Shown: positions 49,463 through 60,228 of the stretch, piece by piece
Numbering within the stretch: the first letter of the stretch is position 1
How the letters are laid out: each line of letters opens with the position of its first letter
NCBI GenBank assembly: GCA_019057385.1
Contig: JAHQJS010000007.1
Span: 64,001 to 128,000 of the forward strand
DNA: 64,000 nucleotides
DNA from: Candidatus Borrarchaeum weybense
GTDB lineage: Archaea; Asgardarchaeota; Sifarchaeia; Borrarchaeales; Borrarchaeaceae
Direction of reading: 5' to 3'
Position numbers and translations under genes: made by a program
The notes under the pieces: model-generated
What the model was told of the DNA's origin: nothing
What the model saw: only the letters and a program-made list of their open reading frames with translations
The model's database searches: none

Positions 49463-49981
49463 TTGGATGTATATGAAGCAATAAGAAAAAGAAAAAGTGT
49501 CCGAAGATACAAGGATAAAGAAGTTGAACAAGAAAAACTAACGAGAATTCTAGAGGCAGCAAGATTAGCACCCTCAGCTTCTAATAAGCAAGAATGGCGA
49601 TTTGTGGTTGTACAAGATAAAGAAAAGAGAAGAAAACTTTCAGCAGAAGCTGCTAGAGGTCAAAAATTTGTCGAAGAGGCACCGGTAGTTATCGCTTGCT
49701 GTGCAGAGACGGATAATCATGAAATGACTTGTGGTCAGCTGTGTTATCCAATTGATGTTGCAATTGCTATTGACCATATAACACTTGCAGCAGTAGAAGA
49801 AGATCTTGGAACATGCTGGATTGGTGCGTTCTATGAAGATAAAGCAAAGAATATTCTTAATATTCCAGACCGTATTAGAATAGTAGAATTGTTAACCTTA
49901 GGTTATCCAGCTGACGATAGTATCAAAAAGAAATCACGGTTACCAATTGAAACAATCGTAAAATGGGAGAAATGGGAATAA
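49463..49981 (+). CDS. Nitroreductase family protein
   Basis: RKSVRRY, APSASNKQEW, LGTCWIG. Confidence 0.93.
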   Translation: MDVYEAIRKRKSVRRYKDKEVEQEKLTRILEAARLAPSASNKQEWRFVVVQDKEKRRKLSAEAARGQKFVEEAPVVIACCAETDNHEMTCGQLCYPIDVAIAIDHITLAAVEEDLGTCWIGAFYEDKAKNILNIPDRIRIVELLTLGYPADDSIKKKSRLPIETIVKWEKWE

Positions 49982-50082
49982 AGCAAGAAAAAAATAATTA
50001 AACATATTCGGGCGACTATTTTTTTGGTCTAAACTGCAATTCATCCCATTTTAAATAGTTAGATCTCTCATTAGGTTTTATT

Positions 50083-51288
50083 ATGAAAGTAATTTTAACT
50101 ACATCCCACTTTTATCCCTCTCTTGGCGGCATCGAAAACCATTGTTTAAATATTGGAAAACGTCTTGTTCAGCGTGGGCATGAAGTACTTGTTGCGAGCA
50201 CAACCCTAGAAGGCTTAAGAGCAACAAGAAGTTTCAGAAACTTTTCTATCAACGGAATAAGAGTAAAACGTTTTATTCCTTTTCCCTTTTTAGCTCCTTT
50301 TTTTGCTCCAGGAAGGTGGAGTACATCATTTGCCCCTGGGATGTCGTTTTTCCTTATGAATAAAGTATTAGAGAATGATTTAATTCATGCTCATGGATAT
50401 GGTTTTTTCCCAACTGATCTAAGTGCATGGGTCTGTAAAATTCGTAAAAAGCCCCTTGTTTTTACCCTCCATGGATTTCATCCCGATTATCTTGCATTCA
50501 TGAAGAATATTTCCCCTATTGAGGAAATGCGTTTAATGCCTTATTTCAAAGCAATTGCACAGCGATCTTTAAAGATAGCTGATGCTATAATCGTGTTAAC
50601 TCCTCACGAAAAGAGTATTTTACAATCATATTATCACATCCCCGCTGAAAAAATAGAAATAATTCCTAACGGAATAAATTTGCAGGACTTTTTAAAGATC
50701 CCCATAAAAAAGGAGTTAAAGAAGAGATTTCGCCTAATGGAGAATGTTATTCTTTTTGTTGGAGCAATTCGAAAAGAGAAGGGACTTCTCAATCTTTTTC
50801 ACGCAATCCCAATTATAATTAAAGAATTTCCACAAACGTCTTTTGTCTTAATTGGGAAAGATTGGGGATTTAAAAAGTATCTACAGCAAGAAGGAAAACG
50901 TTTAGGAATAGAGAATCACATAAATTTTTTAGGCTCTGTTAAGACATCCTTACTTCGGGAAGCACTAGGTTTTTGTGATGTGTTCGTGAATCCTTCGGCA
51001 TATGAATCCTTTTCCATAGTTTTACTCGAAGCAATGGCATCAGGCAAACCGATTGTTGCAACAAATGTTGGAGGCATTCCATATTTAGTAAGAAACGGAA
51101 AAACAGGTATCATTGTAAATTATGGTGACCCTGAAGGCATAGCAGATGCTATAAAGAAATTATTGAGCAATTCAGAACTTCGAAGGCAGATGGGTGAAAA
51201 TGGTGTGCAATTAGCGAAGAAATATGATTGGGAGAAAATTGTATCACAAATAGAAAGACTGTACGAGAAGGTTCTAACCAGTCAATGA
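50083..51288 (+). CDS. Glycosyltransferase family 4
   Basis: GGIE, IHAH, KEKG, ESFSIVLLEAMASG. Confidence 0.93.
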   Translation: MKVILTTSHFYPSLGGIENHCLNIGKRLVQRGHEVLVASTTLEGLRATRSFRNFSINGIRVKRFIPFPFLAPFFAPGRWSTSFAPGMSFFLMNKVLENDLIHAHGYGFFPTDLSAWVCKIRKKPLVFTLHGFHPDYLAFMKNISPIEEMRLMPYFKAIAQRSLKIADAIIVLTPHEKSILQSYYHIPAEKIEIIPNGINLQDFLKIPIKKELKKRFRLMENVILFVGAIRKEKGLLNLFHAIPIIIKEFPQTSFVLIGKDWGFKKYLQQEGKRLGIENHINFLGSVKTSLLREALGFCDVFVNPSAYESFSIVLLEAMASGKPIVATNVGGIPYLVRNGKTGIIVNYGDPEGIADAIKKLLSNSELRRQMGENGVQLAKKYDWEKIVSQIERLYEKVLTSQ

Positions 51289-51324
51289 GGTGTGTATATA
51301 GAATATTAACTGGACAAGGGAATT

Positions 51325-52527
51325 CTATTCTCTAACTAAATAATCTTCAAAGCGTGATGCCGAGCGTTTTAATGTGAAATTATCTTCAACATGCTTTCTT
51401 CCTGCTTCGCCCATTTTTCTTGATAGTTCTTTATCTTCTAAGAGTCGGCAAATCGCAATAGCTGCAGCCTTTGGATCCTTAGGATCAACAAGAAATCCTG
51501 TTCGATTATTCTGAACTGTTTCAGTTGGACCAGATAAATTTGAAGCAACCACTGGCTTTTTTGATGCCATAGCTTCTAAGGGCACTAATCCAAAGGGTTC
51601 GTTAAAAGGTATATAGAGAACTACATCAGAAGAACCATAATACTCTACCAATTCTTTATCAGCTAGTTGTTGAATAAGTACATTCCTTTCTAAATGAAGC
51701 TTTTTTACGAGTTTTAAAAGGCGATATCGCTCAGGGCCACTTCCCACTATGACCAACTTTGTTTTTCTGTGAGTCTTTACAACATATTGCATTGCTTTAA
51801 TAGCCACATCAAAATTCTTCACAAGTCTAAGAAAACCAATTGTTAAAATAAGATTCTCACAATTCAATGATTCTTTTACCTTGCCCTTGTCTGAAAATTT
51901 TGTAATATCTATTCCTGGATAGCAAGTTTTTGCATCCTTATTATAAATTCGCTTAACGAGACCTGAAGTATAATTACTATTTGCTAGGATCAAATCGGTT
52001 TTGTTAACGATATTTTGGTCATATATTCTGTGAATCTTGTTGCTAATATCTTTCTGAAGCTTCTCTAAGAGATAATAAATATCATAAAGACCGCTGCCTG
52101 TCCTCATTCGCGCACTATATAGATGTTCTAATCCAGCATCTGTGATCGTATGATAGAGTGGCCTATGAGGTTCGTGACAATACCATACCATTTTCGTGGT
52201 ATCTTTATTTGATAGTTTATTCGCCAAAGCAATAGAAAATGAAAGATTCAAATTATGAAAATTGATTATATCAAAATTAGATAGTTTAGAAACTAATTTG
52301 TTTCTAGCAAGTGGGGCTAGAAAATACGCGTCCCCAAGCCAAGGAATTTCAATAATTCTTAGATCTTTTACTTCAGATAACCATAAATTATAATCAAATC
52401 GTGCAGTGAAAATTGTAACGTCATGTCCTTTTTCTATAAGATGTCTTGAATACCACAAAACTAGATTTTCAGCTCCCCCTTTCTGATTGAGAAATGCATG
52501 GAGAAGGGCAATCTTCACTAAAGTCAC
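51325..52527 (-). CDS. Glycosyltransferase family 4 (ALG2-like motifs)
   Basis: GGAE, WYCHEP, EPFGLVPLEAMA. Confidence 0.92.
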   Translation of the reverse strand: MTLVKIALLHAFLNQKGGAENLVLWYSRHLIEKGHDVTIFTARFDYNLWLSEVKDLRIIEIPWLGDAYFLAPLARNKLVSKLSNFDIINFHNLNLSFSIALANKLSNKDTTKMVWYCHEPHRPLYHTITDAGLEHLYSARMRTGSGLYDIYYLLEKLQKDISNKIHRIYDQNIVNKTDLILANSNYTSGLVKRIYNKDAKTCYPGIDITKFSDKGKVKESLNCENLILTIGFLRLVKNFDVAIKAMQYVVKTHRKTKLVIVGSGPERYRLLKLVKKLHLERNVLIQQLADKELVEYYGSSDVVLYIPFNEPFGLVPLEAMASKKPVVASNLSGPTETVQNNRTGFLVDPKDPKAAAIAICRLLEDKELSRKMGEAGRKHVEDNFTLKRSASRFEDYLVRE

Positions 52528-52736
52528 CTAATTGTTTACATTTGTTCTTATAATTCTAATATTTTTGATATATGATCTTATTTTTCAATAGAGAATCTAT
52601 TTTTTAGAATTGTGTACAAAAACTGTAACAATCAAACTTAGAAATACTTTGTTGAAAAATAAATAGTGTTCGATAGTTTTCTCACAATTAGATGAATGTT
52701 AGTTAGAAAACCGGGTATTAAACTTCCTTTAGTCAA

Positions 52737-53201
52737 CTAATAGGCTTCTTGTAGAATGATTTTGCATGAATCCTCTTTTAAATCTTCTTTATAGCATTTT
52801 GTCTCGATCTCTTTGTTCCATAAGTATTCCAGAAGACCTGTTAAAAGACCACCATAGTACGCAATGTCTAATTCATTTAAATAATTCGTAATTTGACATT
52901 CACAGTATTTAAGAGGTTCATAGTTGTTGCTTACCTCTAATGAACCAAAACCATTCTTTCTAAGCCATTCACAAAGTTCATTTAAATATATTTGAAAGGC
53001 ATCATTCCGACTCTGTTCAATTTTCTTCTTTTTGTGGAAAAAAAGGTGTCCAATATTTCGACCGTGTTCAAACATTATTGGCGCTATTGGTTCGCATCCA
53101 AAAAAAGACATCAATACGTTATTTAGGCTTAAAAGCCATTCTTTATCAATATCGACCTTCTGATTTTCTTCATTATGGATATCTTTTTTAAGAGACTCCA
53201 A
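52737..53201 (-). CDS. V4R-like domain protein
   Basis: G..IG helix, GFG.LEV, G.L.G.LE.L, E.KC....D.C. Confidence 0.6.
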   Translation of the reverse strand: MESLKKDIHNEENQKVDIDKEWLLSLNNVLMSFFGCEPIAPIMFEHGRNIGHLFFHKKKKIEQSRNDAFQIYLNELCEWLRKNGFGSLEVSNNYEPLKYCECQITNYLNELDIAYYGGLLTGLLEYLWNKEIETKCYKEDLKEDSCKIILQEAY

Positions 53202-53284
53202 GGGTCATATCCCTCAATAAATTTTACGATTTCTATTGAGCAGAAGTATAGCCACGTACTACTATATATAATTACTAGTAGCTG

Positions 53285-53590
53285 AGAAAGAAAGCACCAC
53301 AGCTTCAGCGTAGTGATGAATTGCGTGAGTAGTATTCACTTTCATCACGTGCATCGAGGGGTCTCCCTAATTGTGATATAGGTTGCACGACGAAGATATC
53401 ACTAACAATTGGAGGGATAATAGGCACACTTGCAGACAAGGTGCATACTCCGATGGCCTCACCATCGTTAACAGTACCTACGGGGCGTAGGGATGTTAAG
53501 CCTGTGGAGATAAGACCTCCGTAACCCGCAAGGGGATCGAGTCTGTCGTTGAAGCAGGAAGCCTCAAGGCTTTCGCACGAGGTAGCTCAC
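53285..53590 (+). mobile_element. Second, divergent ORF-less TnpB-type IS200/IS605 element with omegaRNA-like right end
   Basis: Left GATGAATTGCG...TTCACTTTCA as at 17367-17389; right AGCCTGT...GTCG.TGAAGCAGGAAGCC...GGTAGCTCAC. Confidence 0.75.
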
Positions 53591-53858
53591 TACTAGCATT
53601 TTAAGAAATCAAAGCTAAATCACATTAAACAAAAAAAGATTAATCTACACAGAAAAAACGTGCTTTGTAATAGGACTAATCAACGGGAGCTTATATATAA
53701 ATAATATCAGTAATTTGATTAATGCTCCCTCCCCCGCTTTAAGCAAATGCTTAAACTCATTTATAATGTTTCCTTATATTTAAATATTTTGGGAAAATAC
53801 AAATATTGTGATATTTCAAACGATTAACCTTTGGCTATTTAATATGAAATGTGTGCTC

Positions 53859-54218
53859 TTAGATAATTTCCGAAACTGAAAATTCTTTCAGCACTTTAGA
53901 TTTTTCCAGAAACTCTCTGATTCTCTGAATGAGAGTTTCATCTTGTTCTACTGCAGAAATTATATCCTTTAGTAACATTAAAACCTGAACAATAAAGTTT
54001 TTTTGGTTTAACCAATAAATCTTGGTGCGTGCTCCTACGCTTTCCTCATTTAATATTTCATACTCTACAAGTTTTTTTAGGAATCGGCTCACGCTATATG
54101 AGTGAAGTCCAGTCTTTTGAGCTATACTGTTTAGGATCATTCTGTTATTCCGTTCCTTTGAATCTAAAAAGAAATCTAAAATTTTTATAAATGGTGTTCG
54201 TCCAAAGTACCTTTCCAA
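53859..54218 (-). CDS. Winged-helix transcriptional regulator
   Basis: IKILDFF...IAQKTGLH..SV.R.LKKLVE..IL.E..VG.R.K.Y.LN. Confidence 0.8.
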   Translation of the reverse strand: MERYFGRTPFIKILDFFLDSKERNNRMILNSIAQKTGLHSYSVSRFLKKLVEYEILNEESVGARTKIYWLNQKNFIVQVLMLLKDIISAVEQDETLIQRIREFLEKSKVLKEFSVSEII

Positions 54219-54631
54219 TTTTATTCCTCGTTAAGTGATTACGGTATGGATTTGCAAGCTTAGTGTCCTGCGAGTTGGTCTTATCATTCAAAGCGAACTT
54301 ATCTTATAAGATATTAGTGATTGAGGGTTAATGTTTAATTAAGATTATAATTTAGCATATTAAATTAAGTTTTTTGTTTGTGAAATATCCCCCCGAAGAT
54401 TAGTTGATCATTCATGCGTCACTAATAACTGATTACTTAGGAAATAAATTAGCAACTCCTTATTAATATTTCTTTCAGTGTATAATTAACCAGACGGCTT
54501 TATTTTAAGAAAAAAATTATAAAAAACGAACAAAAATCAAAAAAAGTCAATCTTCAAAAAGAAACCAACTTTAAAAAGTGAGAGAATCCTATTATGTTTT
54601 TAGTATTAAAAAGATCTATAGGGAACTATTA

Positions 54632-57600
54632 CTACTTGCCATAGCGCTTTTCTAACTCCTCAAGTTCAAGTGCTTTCTCTTCAACGAGTTTTTCTAGTTT
54701 TTTAGTATATTGTTTAATTTTTTCCTCGGCTCTCTTGCGTTCAGTGATGTCGCGAATGATGCCCCATACTCCAATAGGACGGTCTTCCGTATCTTTGACC
54801 CACCACACTCTTACAGAGATTGGTATAATCGATCCATCTTTCTTGACGGCTTCTTGTTCATATGCATCTGAATATCCTCTTACGGATACTTGTTTACGAA
54901 TTCTTCCATCTACCACTTCATGCCATTTCATAGGCATCAAGTCTTTAAAATTAAGTGTATACACTTCATCTTTAGTATAGCCCAGCATATCGGCAAAGGC
55001 CTGATTGCACTCAATAATATTTTTTTCCAAATCTGCAGAGAAAATTCCATCAGCAGAAGATTCATATAATCCTCGATATCGTTTTTCCGACTCTTTAAGT
55101 CTCTCCATTCGCTTTTCAACAAATTTTTCTAGATTTTCAGCATAGTTTTTAAGTTGACTCTCTAGTTTCTTTTGTTGAGTAATATCGTGAACAATTATCC
55201 ACATTCCAATAGGGTTGTTTTCTTGGTCTTTGATGCGCCATGCTTTTACTGAGACAGAAATAATTGTCCCGTCTTGCTTGAGAGCTTCCGTTTCTAACTC
55301 ATCAGAATAGCCACTTGTAAATATTTGGTCAGATAGAGTTTTTGCCACATAATCAAACAGTTTGCTGGGAAAGAGTTCACGATAGTTAGCGTTATATAAT
55401 TGCTTTTTTGTATATTCAAGCATATCTGCGAAAGCCTGATTGCATTCTAGAATATTTCCTTCAAGATCTAGGAAGACGATACCGTCTAAGGAGGATTCGT
55501 ACAACCCACGATAGCGTTTTTCTGATGCTTCTAAGTCTTCAGTATACTTTTTCAATTGTCGCTCCATTTTCTTCTGTTCGGAAATATCACGAACTATTTT
55601 CCAAATTCCAGTTGGTGTGCTTTCCTTATCTTTAATGAGCCAGCCTCTTACAGAGACCGGAAAGATTGTCCCATCTTTCTTGATATGCTCCTTTTCGTAC
55701 ACATTTGAATAGCCTTTTGGAAGTATCTGTTTGGTGAAAATATCTGTTTCAATGTCATACCATCTCTCAGGCGTAAGATCTTGATATGTCAAGTTATAGA
55801 GCACATCTTTGGTATACCCCAGCATGTTGGCGTAGGCTTGATTACATTCTATAATGTTTCCATCCATATCTAAAGAGGCAATACCATCAATCGAGGACTC
55901 ATATAATCCCCGATAGCGCTCCTCTGATGCTTTGAGGTCTGATGTTCTTTCTTCAACGATTTGTTCGAGATTTTCAGTGTATTCCTTTATTTTTTTCTCC
56001 GCTTGCTTACGTTCAGTGATGTCACGAATAATACCCCACATTCCAATCGTTTTCCCTTCTTTGTTGATAGACCATCCTCTTGTTGCAATTGAGACGATTG
56101 ATCCATCTTTCCTTATATACTCCTTTTCGAATTCTTCAGAATAACCCAATGTTAATATTTGGGTATGGTATTTTTTATTAGCTTCAATCCATTTGTCAGG
56201 TGTTAGGTCAAAAACATTGAGGGCATAAAGTTCTTCTTTTGAATAGCCGAGTAAATTAGCGTAGGCTTGATTGCATTCTAGAATGTTTCCATTTACATCA
56301 AGAGAGATAATGCCGTCTATAGAGGATTTATACAACCCTCGATAACGTTCCTCTGACTCTCTAAGTTCAACCTCCAATTTTTTTCGTTCTGTAATATCCT
56401 TTACCACTTCCACAACGGCGACGATCTTTCCATCGGCATCTCTTACTGGAGAACTTGTTACCAAAGTATTCATTGGCTTTCCATCAGGATTTATAACCAC
56501 TTGTTCCGAAACAAAGGTTTTCCCCTCATTAAAGACCATTTCGACCGTGCACTGAGGACAGCGCTCATCAAAACACTTATACACTTTGTAACACTTTTTA
56601 CCAACAACAGAACCCCAATGCTCCTTTATTGGCTGATTAGCCCAGATAATGTCTAATTCCTTATTTTGAATGGTGATTAGGTCTCCTATTCCTTTTAAAA
56701 CAGCCTGCTGTTTAGCTTCAGCTTCTTTTAATTCTTTTGTCCGTTCTTCGACGATATTTTCTAAGTTTTCAGTATAATTTTTCAATTCTCGTTCCAATTT
56801 CTTACGTTCGGTGATGTCCTTATCAACCTCTACAACTGCAATTATCTCTCCCTTAGCATCTCTTACTGGGGAACTGGTGACTAATACATGCATTTGCGTT
56901 CCGTCTGGAATTGTGCTAATTTGTTCGGTAACTGTCGTTTTTCCTTCTTTGAACACTTTTTTAACAGTACAATCTGGACAGGGTACGGTTAATCCTTTAT
57001 AAGCTTCATAACACTTCCTTCCAACAATCTCTCCCCACAGTTCTCTTATTGGCTGATTTGCCCATATTATGTCTAGATCCTTATTTTGAATTGTAATGAG
57101 ATCGCCAATTCCTGTTAAAATTGCCTGAAGTCTTCCCTCCGATTCTCTTAAGGCTTTCGTTCGCTCTTCAACCATCTTTTCCAAGTTTTCAGCATAGTTC
57201 TTTATCTTCTCATCAGCACGTTTGTGCTCTGTAATGTTAATAATAATCCCTCTTAGGCCAACAGATTTTCCTTCGTTATCTCTGATGACAGTGCTATGTA
57301 TTGCAACTGGGTATTTGCTCCCGTCTTTTCTTCGCGCTGTATATTCGTTTATTCCTATTTCTTCTCCTTTTATCAGTCTTGTAATATTCTCCTTGAGTTT
57401 CTCATGATCTTCAGGAACTACTAGTTGGAAGGCATTCAATCCCTTATCAAGATCCTCTTGAGAATAGCCTGTAGTCTTAAATCCTATACGATTGACGAAG
57501 GTAAGAGTTCCTTCGATATCTGTTTCATAAACTGTTTCTGGCAATAAATCAGACAATTCTCTGAATTTCTTTTCACTCTCTCTTAACGAGGTATCAACCT

Positions 57601-58072
57601 TTCTACGATCGCTGATATCGCGAACTATTGCTAAATCTGCTGGTTTTCCCTCGTATTCAATTAAACTGGCATTTATTTCAACTGGTATCTTCCTGCCATC
57701 TTTTGTATAGAGTTCAATTTCGTATCTATTTGGAATTTGTTCTCCAGCAATCCTCTTTTTATACCGTTCCATAACTAATTCTCGAGATTCTGGAGTAATA
57801 TAATCAATAAATTGCTTTTCAAGTGTTTCCTCTAATGTGAATCCAAAAAGTTCAAGCAACATTGAATTTGCAAATTTTGCTTTCCTATGTTGAGCAATAG
57901 CGATCCCATCGTTTCCTTTTTCTACAATAGTTGAATACTTATCTTCAGATTCCTTTAGCGCTTTTTCTACTTGCTTATATTGTATTTCTGATGCTTCCAA
58001 TTCAGCAATTCTTTGACGTAATTCTATCATTTCAGCTATAAGTTGCTCTTTTGTCTTATTCTCATTGTTCAT
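54632..58072 (-). CDS. Multi-PAS protein (8 PAS domains) with no output domain
   Basis: Eight PAS/PAC units ending (R/K/H)DI(T/S)E or INITE, joined by coiled-coil linkers such as ENLE..VEERT. Confidence 0.92.
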   Translation of the reverse strand: MNNENKTKEQLIAEMIELRQRIAELEASEIQYKQVEKALKESEDKYSTIVEKGNDGIAIAQHRKAKFANSMLLELFGFTLEETLEKQFIDYITPESRELVMERYKKRIAGEQIPNRYEIELYTKDGRKIPVEINASLIEYEGKPADLAIVRDISDRRKVDTSLRESEKKFRELSDLLPETVYETDIEGTLTFVNRIGFKTTGYSQEDLDKGLNAFQLVVPEDHEKLKENITRLIKGEEIGINEYTARRKDGSKYPVAIHSTVIRDNEGKSVGLRGIIINITEHKRADEKIKNYAENLEKMVEERTKALRESEGRLQAILTGIGDLITIQNKDLDIIWANQPIRELWGEIVGRKCYEAYKGLTVPCPDCTVKKVFKEGKTTVTEQISTIPDGTQMHVLVTSSPVRDAKGEIIAVVEVDKDITERKKLERELKNYTENLENIVEERTKELKEAEAKQQAVLKGIGDLITIQNKELDIIWANQPIKEHWGSVVGKKCYKVYKCFDERCPQCTVEMVFNEGKTFVSEQVVINPDGKPMNTLVTSSPVRDADGKIVAVVEVVKDITERKKLEVELRESEERYRGLYKSSIDGIISLDVNGNILECNQAYANLLGYSKEELYALNVFDLTPDKWIEANKKYHTQILTLGYSEEFEKEYIRKDGSIVSIATRGWSINKEGKTIGMWGIIRDITERKQAEKKIKEYTENLEQIVEERTSDLKASEERYRGLYESSIDGIASLDMDGNIIECNQAYANMLGYTKDVLYNLTYQDLTPERWYDIETDIFTKQILPKGYSNVYEKEHIKKDGTIFPVSVRGWLIKDKESTPTGIWKIVRDISEQKKMERQLKKYTEDLEASEKRYRGLYESSLDGIVFLDLEGNILECNQAFADMLEYTKKQLYNANYRELFPSKLFDYVAKTLSDQIFTSGYSDELETEALKQDGTIISVSVKAWRIKDQENNPIGMWIIVHDITQQKKLESQLKNYAENLEKFVEKRMERLKESEKRYRGLYESSADGIFSADLEKNIIECNQAFADMLGYTKDEVYTLNFKDLMPMKWHEVVDGRIRKQVSVRGYSDAYEQEAVKKDGSIIPISVRVWWVKDTEDRPIGVWGIIRDITERKRAEEKIKQYTKKLEKLVEEKALELEELEKRYGK

Positions 58073-58263
58073 TTAAAGCAACTCCTGAAGATTATTTTAA
58101 TTTGAAAGTTGTGATTTGCATCCAATCAGGTTGTTCCCTGCCCCAACTTCTAACAAATAATCTGATTCTTTATATATTTTCATTGTTCATTACTTTTAAA
58201 ATGATATATGCAAATGTCATTTAAAAGCTAAAACTTCAAAAACAGCAAACTGGAGGATATTTT

Positions 58264-58812
58264 ATGGATTTTCTGGAAGTTATTGTGACAAGACGGAGTA
58301 TTAGGAAATATAAAAATGATCCAATTCCTGAAGATAAACTAAACAAAGTCCTTGAAGCTGCACGTATCGCACCGAGTTGGTCTAACATGCAATGCTGGAG
58401 GTATGTTGTGGTAAAAGACAATAGCACTAAAAAAGCATTGGCAGACGTCTTACCTTCAGGAAATCCTGTTAAAAAGGCATTTATCCAAGCTCCCATTATA
58501 ATAGCAGGATGTGCAGATCCAGAACGCTCAGGATACATAGATTCTCAAAGAATAGGGGACAAACAGTGGCACATACTTGATCTTGGAATTTCTATGCAAC
58601 AACTAGTCCTTGCCGCCACAAATGAGGGGCTAGGAACGTGCTGGGTGTGTTGGTTTAGCGAAAAGGCGGTTAAGGATATTCTTGGTGTACCCGCTAATAT
58701 TGAAGTTGTTGCGCTCACTCCACTTGGATATCCTGACGAAGAACCAAAGTCAAAACGCAGGAAATCAATCGAAGAAATTGTTTATTATGAGCAATATGGA
58801 CACTCAGAATAA
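58264..58812 (+). CDS. Nitroreductase family protein
   Basis: RRSIRKY, APSWSN.Q, GLGTCWV. Confidence 0.93.
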   Translation: MDFLEVIVTRRSIRKYKNDPIPEDKLNKVLEAARIAPSWSNMQCWRYVVVKDNSTKKALADVLPSGNPVKKAFIQAPIIIAGCADPERSGYIDSQRIGDKQWHILDLGISMQQLVLAATNEGLGTCWVCWFSEKAVKDILGVPANIEVVALTPLGYPDEEPKSKRRKSIEEIVYYEQYGHSE

Positions 58813-58868
58813 CTCGTTCTTGTCTTCGAGACAAACAAAAAATTGAAAACTAGAATATCTCAAGGATT

Positions 58869-60158
58869 TTGAGAAATATAGTTGGTGAGAGATACATGCA
58901 AGTTGACATCCCTTACGGAGAGGAAAATATCACAATTGATATTTCAGCGCCTTGTGAAGTATTAGTCCCAAATGAAGTCCAAATCAGAGATCAATTTGAA
59001 ATTATTGAGCAAGCGATTCAAAATCCAATAGGGAAAGAATCTTTCGAAGATTTTGCTGCGAAATCTGACCGTTTACTTGTCATCGTTAATGATGCGTCAC
59101 GCCCGACTCCTACAAGTGTGATATTGGAGTTTCTTTTTTCATATCTTTCATCTCATTCTGATGTTCGGTTTCTTGTCGCTACAGGGGCTCATAGGGAACC
59201 AACTGAAGAAGAAAATCGTTTTATCTTTGGCAGGTTCTATGATGATTTCAAAGAGGTAATTTTCGTTCACGATGCTCGAAAGGAAGAAGATATGACATAT
59301 CTCGGAACGTCGAAGAATGGGACCGAGATGTATATCAACAAGTTAGTTCCTGAGATCAGGAATGTGCTTATTATTGGGAGTGTTGAACCACATTATTTTG
59401 CTGGGTTCACCGGTGGAAGGAAATCGTTTCTCCCTGGCGTTGCCTCATATAAGACTATTGAAATGAATCATAGACTTGCGTTTAGTGATGATGCAAGATC
59501 TCTCGCTCTAGATGGTAATCCTGTCCATGAAGATATGGTAGACGCGATGAATGTTTTAGAAAATATCAATATTTTTTCTATTCAGACAGTTCTAACTGGC
59601 GATCATAAACTCTATGCCGTGACTGCTGGTGATCTACTGAAAACCTTTGATGCAGCTATTGAGGCAGCTAAAACGATCTATTGCGTTCCATTGAGGCAAA
59701 GAGCAAATATAGTTATTTCCGTTGCACCTTATCCTATGGATATTGATTTATATCAGTCTCAAAAAGCCCTAGACAATGGTAAATTGGCAGTAGAAGATGA
59801 TGGGATCCTGATTGTTGTTTCAAAATGTCGAATGGGTGTTGGCGAAGCTGCATTTTTAGATCTTTTGGGTAGCGCAGGATCTTGTCAGGATGTTTTGAAT
59901 ATACTGGATGAAGAGTATAAACTTGGTTATCACAAAGCAGCAAAAATGGCACAAATCGGAATTAGAACTCAAATGTGGGCCGTTACTGATTTGGATGAAA
60001 ATATTATCAAAAAAGCAAAGTTAAAGCCATATTCTGACATCCAGTCAGCTGTGAATGACGCAATTCAATTGATAAAGGTAAAGGGCAAACAGCCGAGAAT
60101 TGTGATAATGCCATCAGGGAGTCTTACCATCCCATACCTAAATCTAAACAAAAAATAA
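58869..60158 (+). CDS. larA: Nickel-pincer lactate racemase LarA family (start probably 58896)
   Basis: VNDASRPTP, ATGAHR, VHD, EPHYFAGFTGGRKS, D.DLYQSQK. Confidence 0.9.
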   Translation: MRNIVGERYMQVDIPYGEENITIDISAPCEVLVPNEVQIRDQFEIIEQAIQNPIGKESFEDFAAKSDRLLVIVNDASRPTPTSVILEFLFSYLSSHSDVRFLVATGAHREPTEEENRFIFGRFYDDFKEVIFVHDARKEEDMTYLGTSKNGTEMYINKLVPEIRNVLIIGSVEPHYFAGFTGGRKSFLPGVASYKTIEMNHRLAFSDDARSLALDGNPVHEDMVDAMNVLENINIFSIQTVLTGDHKLYAVTAGDLLKTFDAAIEAAKTIYCVPLRQRANIVISVAPYPMDIDLYQSQKALDNGKLAVEDDGILIVVSKCRMGVGEAAFLDLLGSAGSCQDVLNILDEEYKLGYHKAAKMAQIGIRTQMWAVTDLDENIIKKAKLKPYSDIQSAVNDAIQLIKVKGKQPRIVIMPSGSLTIPYLNLNKK

Positions 60159-60228
60159 GGTTAAAAAAAGTGTTTTCGGAATGAGGACATGATGTTTTTT
60201 AATACTCATATAGGTATTTCATTATTAT

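Noticed and set aside
53272-53596. TACTAG on both sides of the 53.3-kb element
   Set aside because: IS200/IS605 elements do not create target duplications, and a 6-mer match is weak
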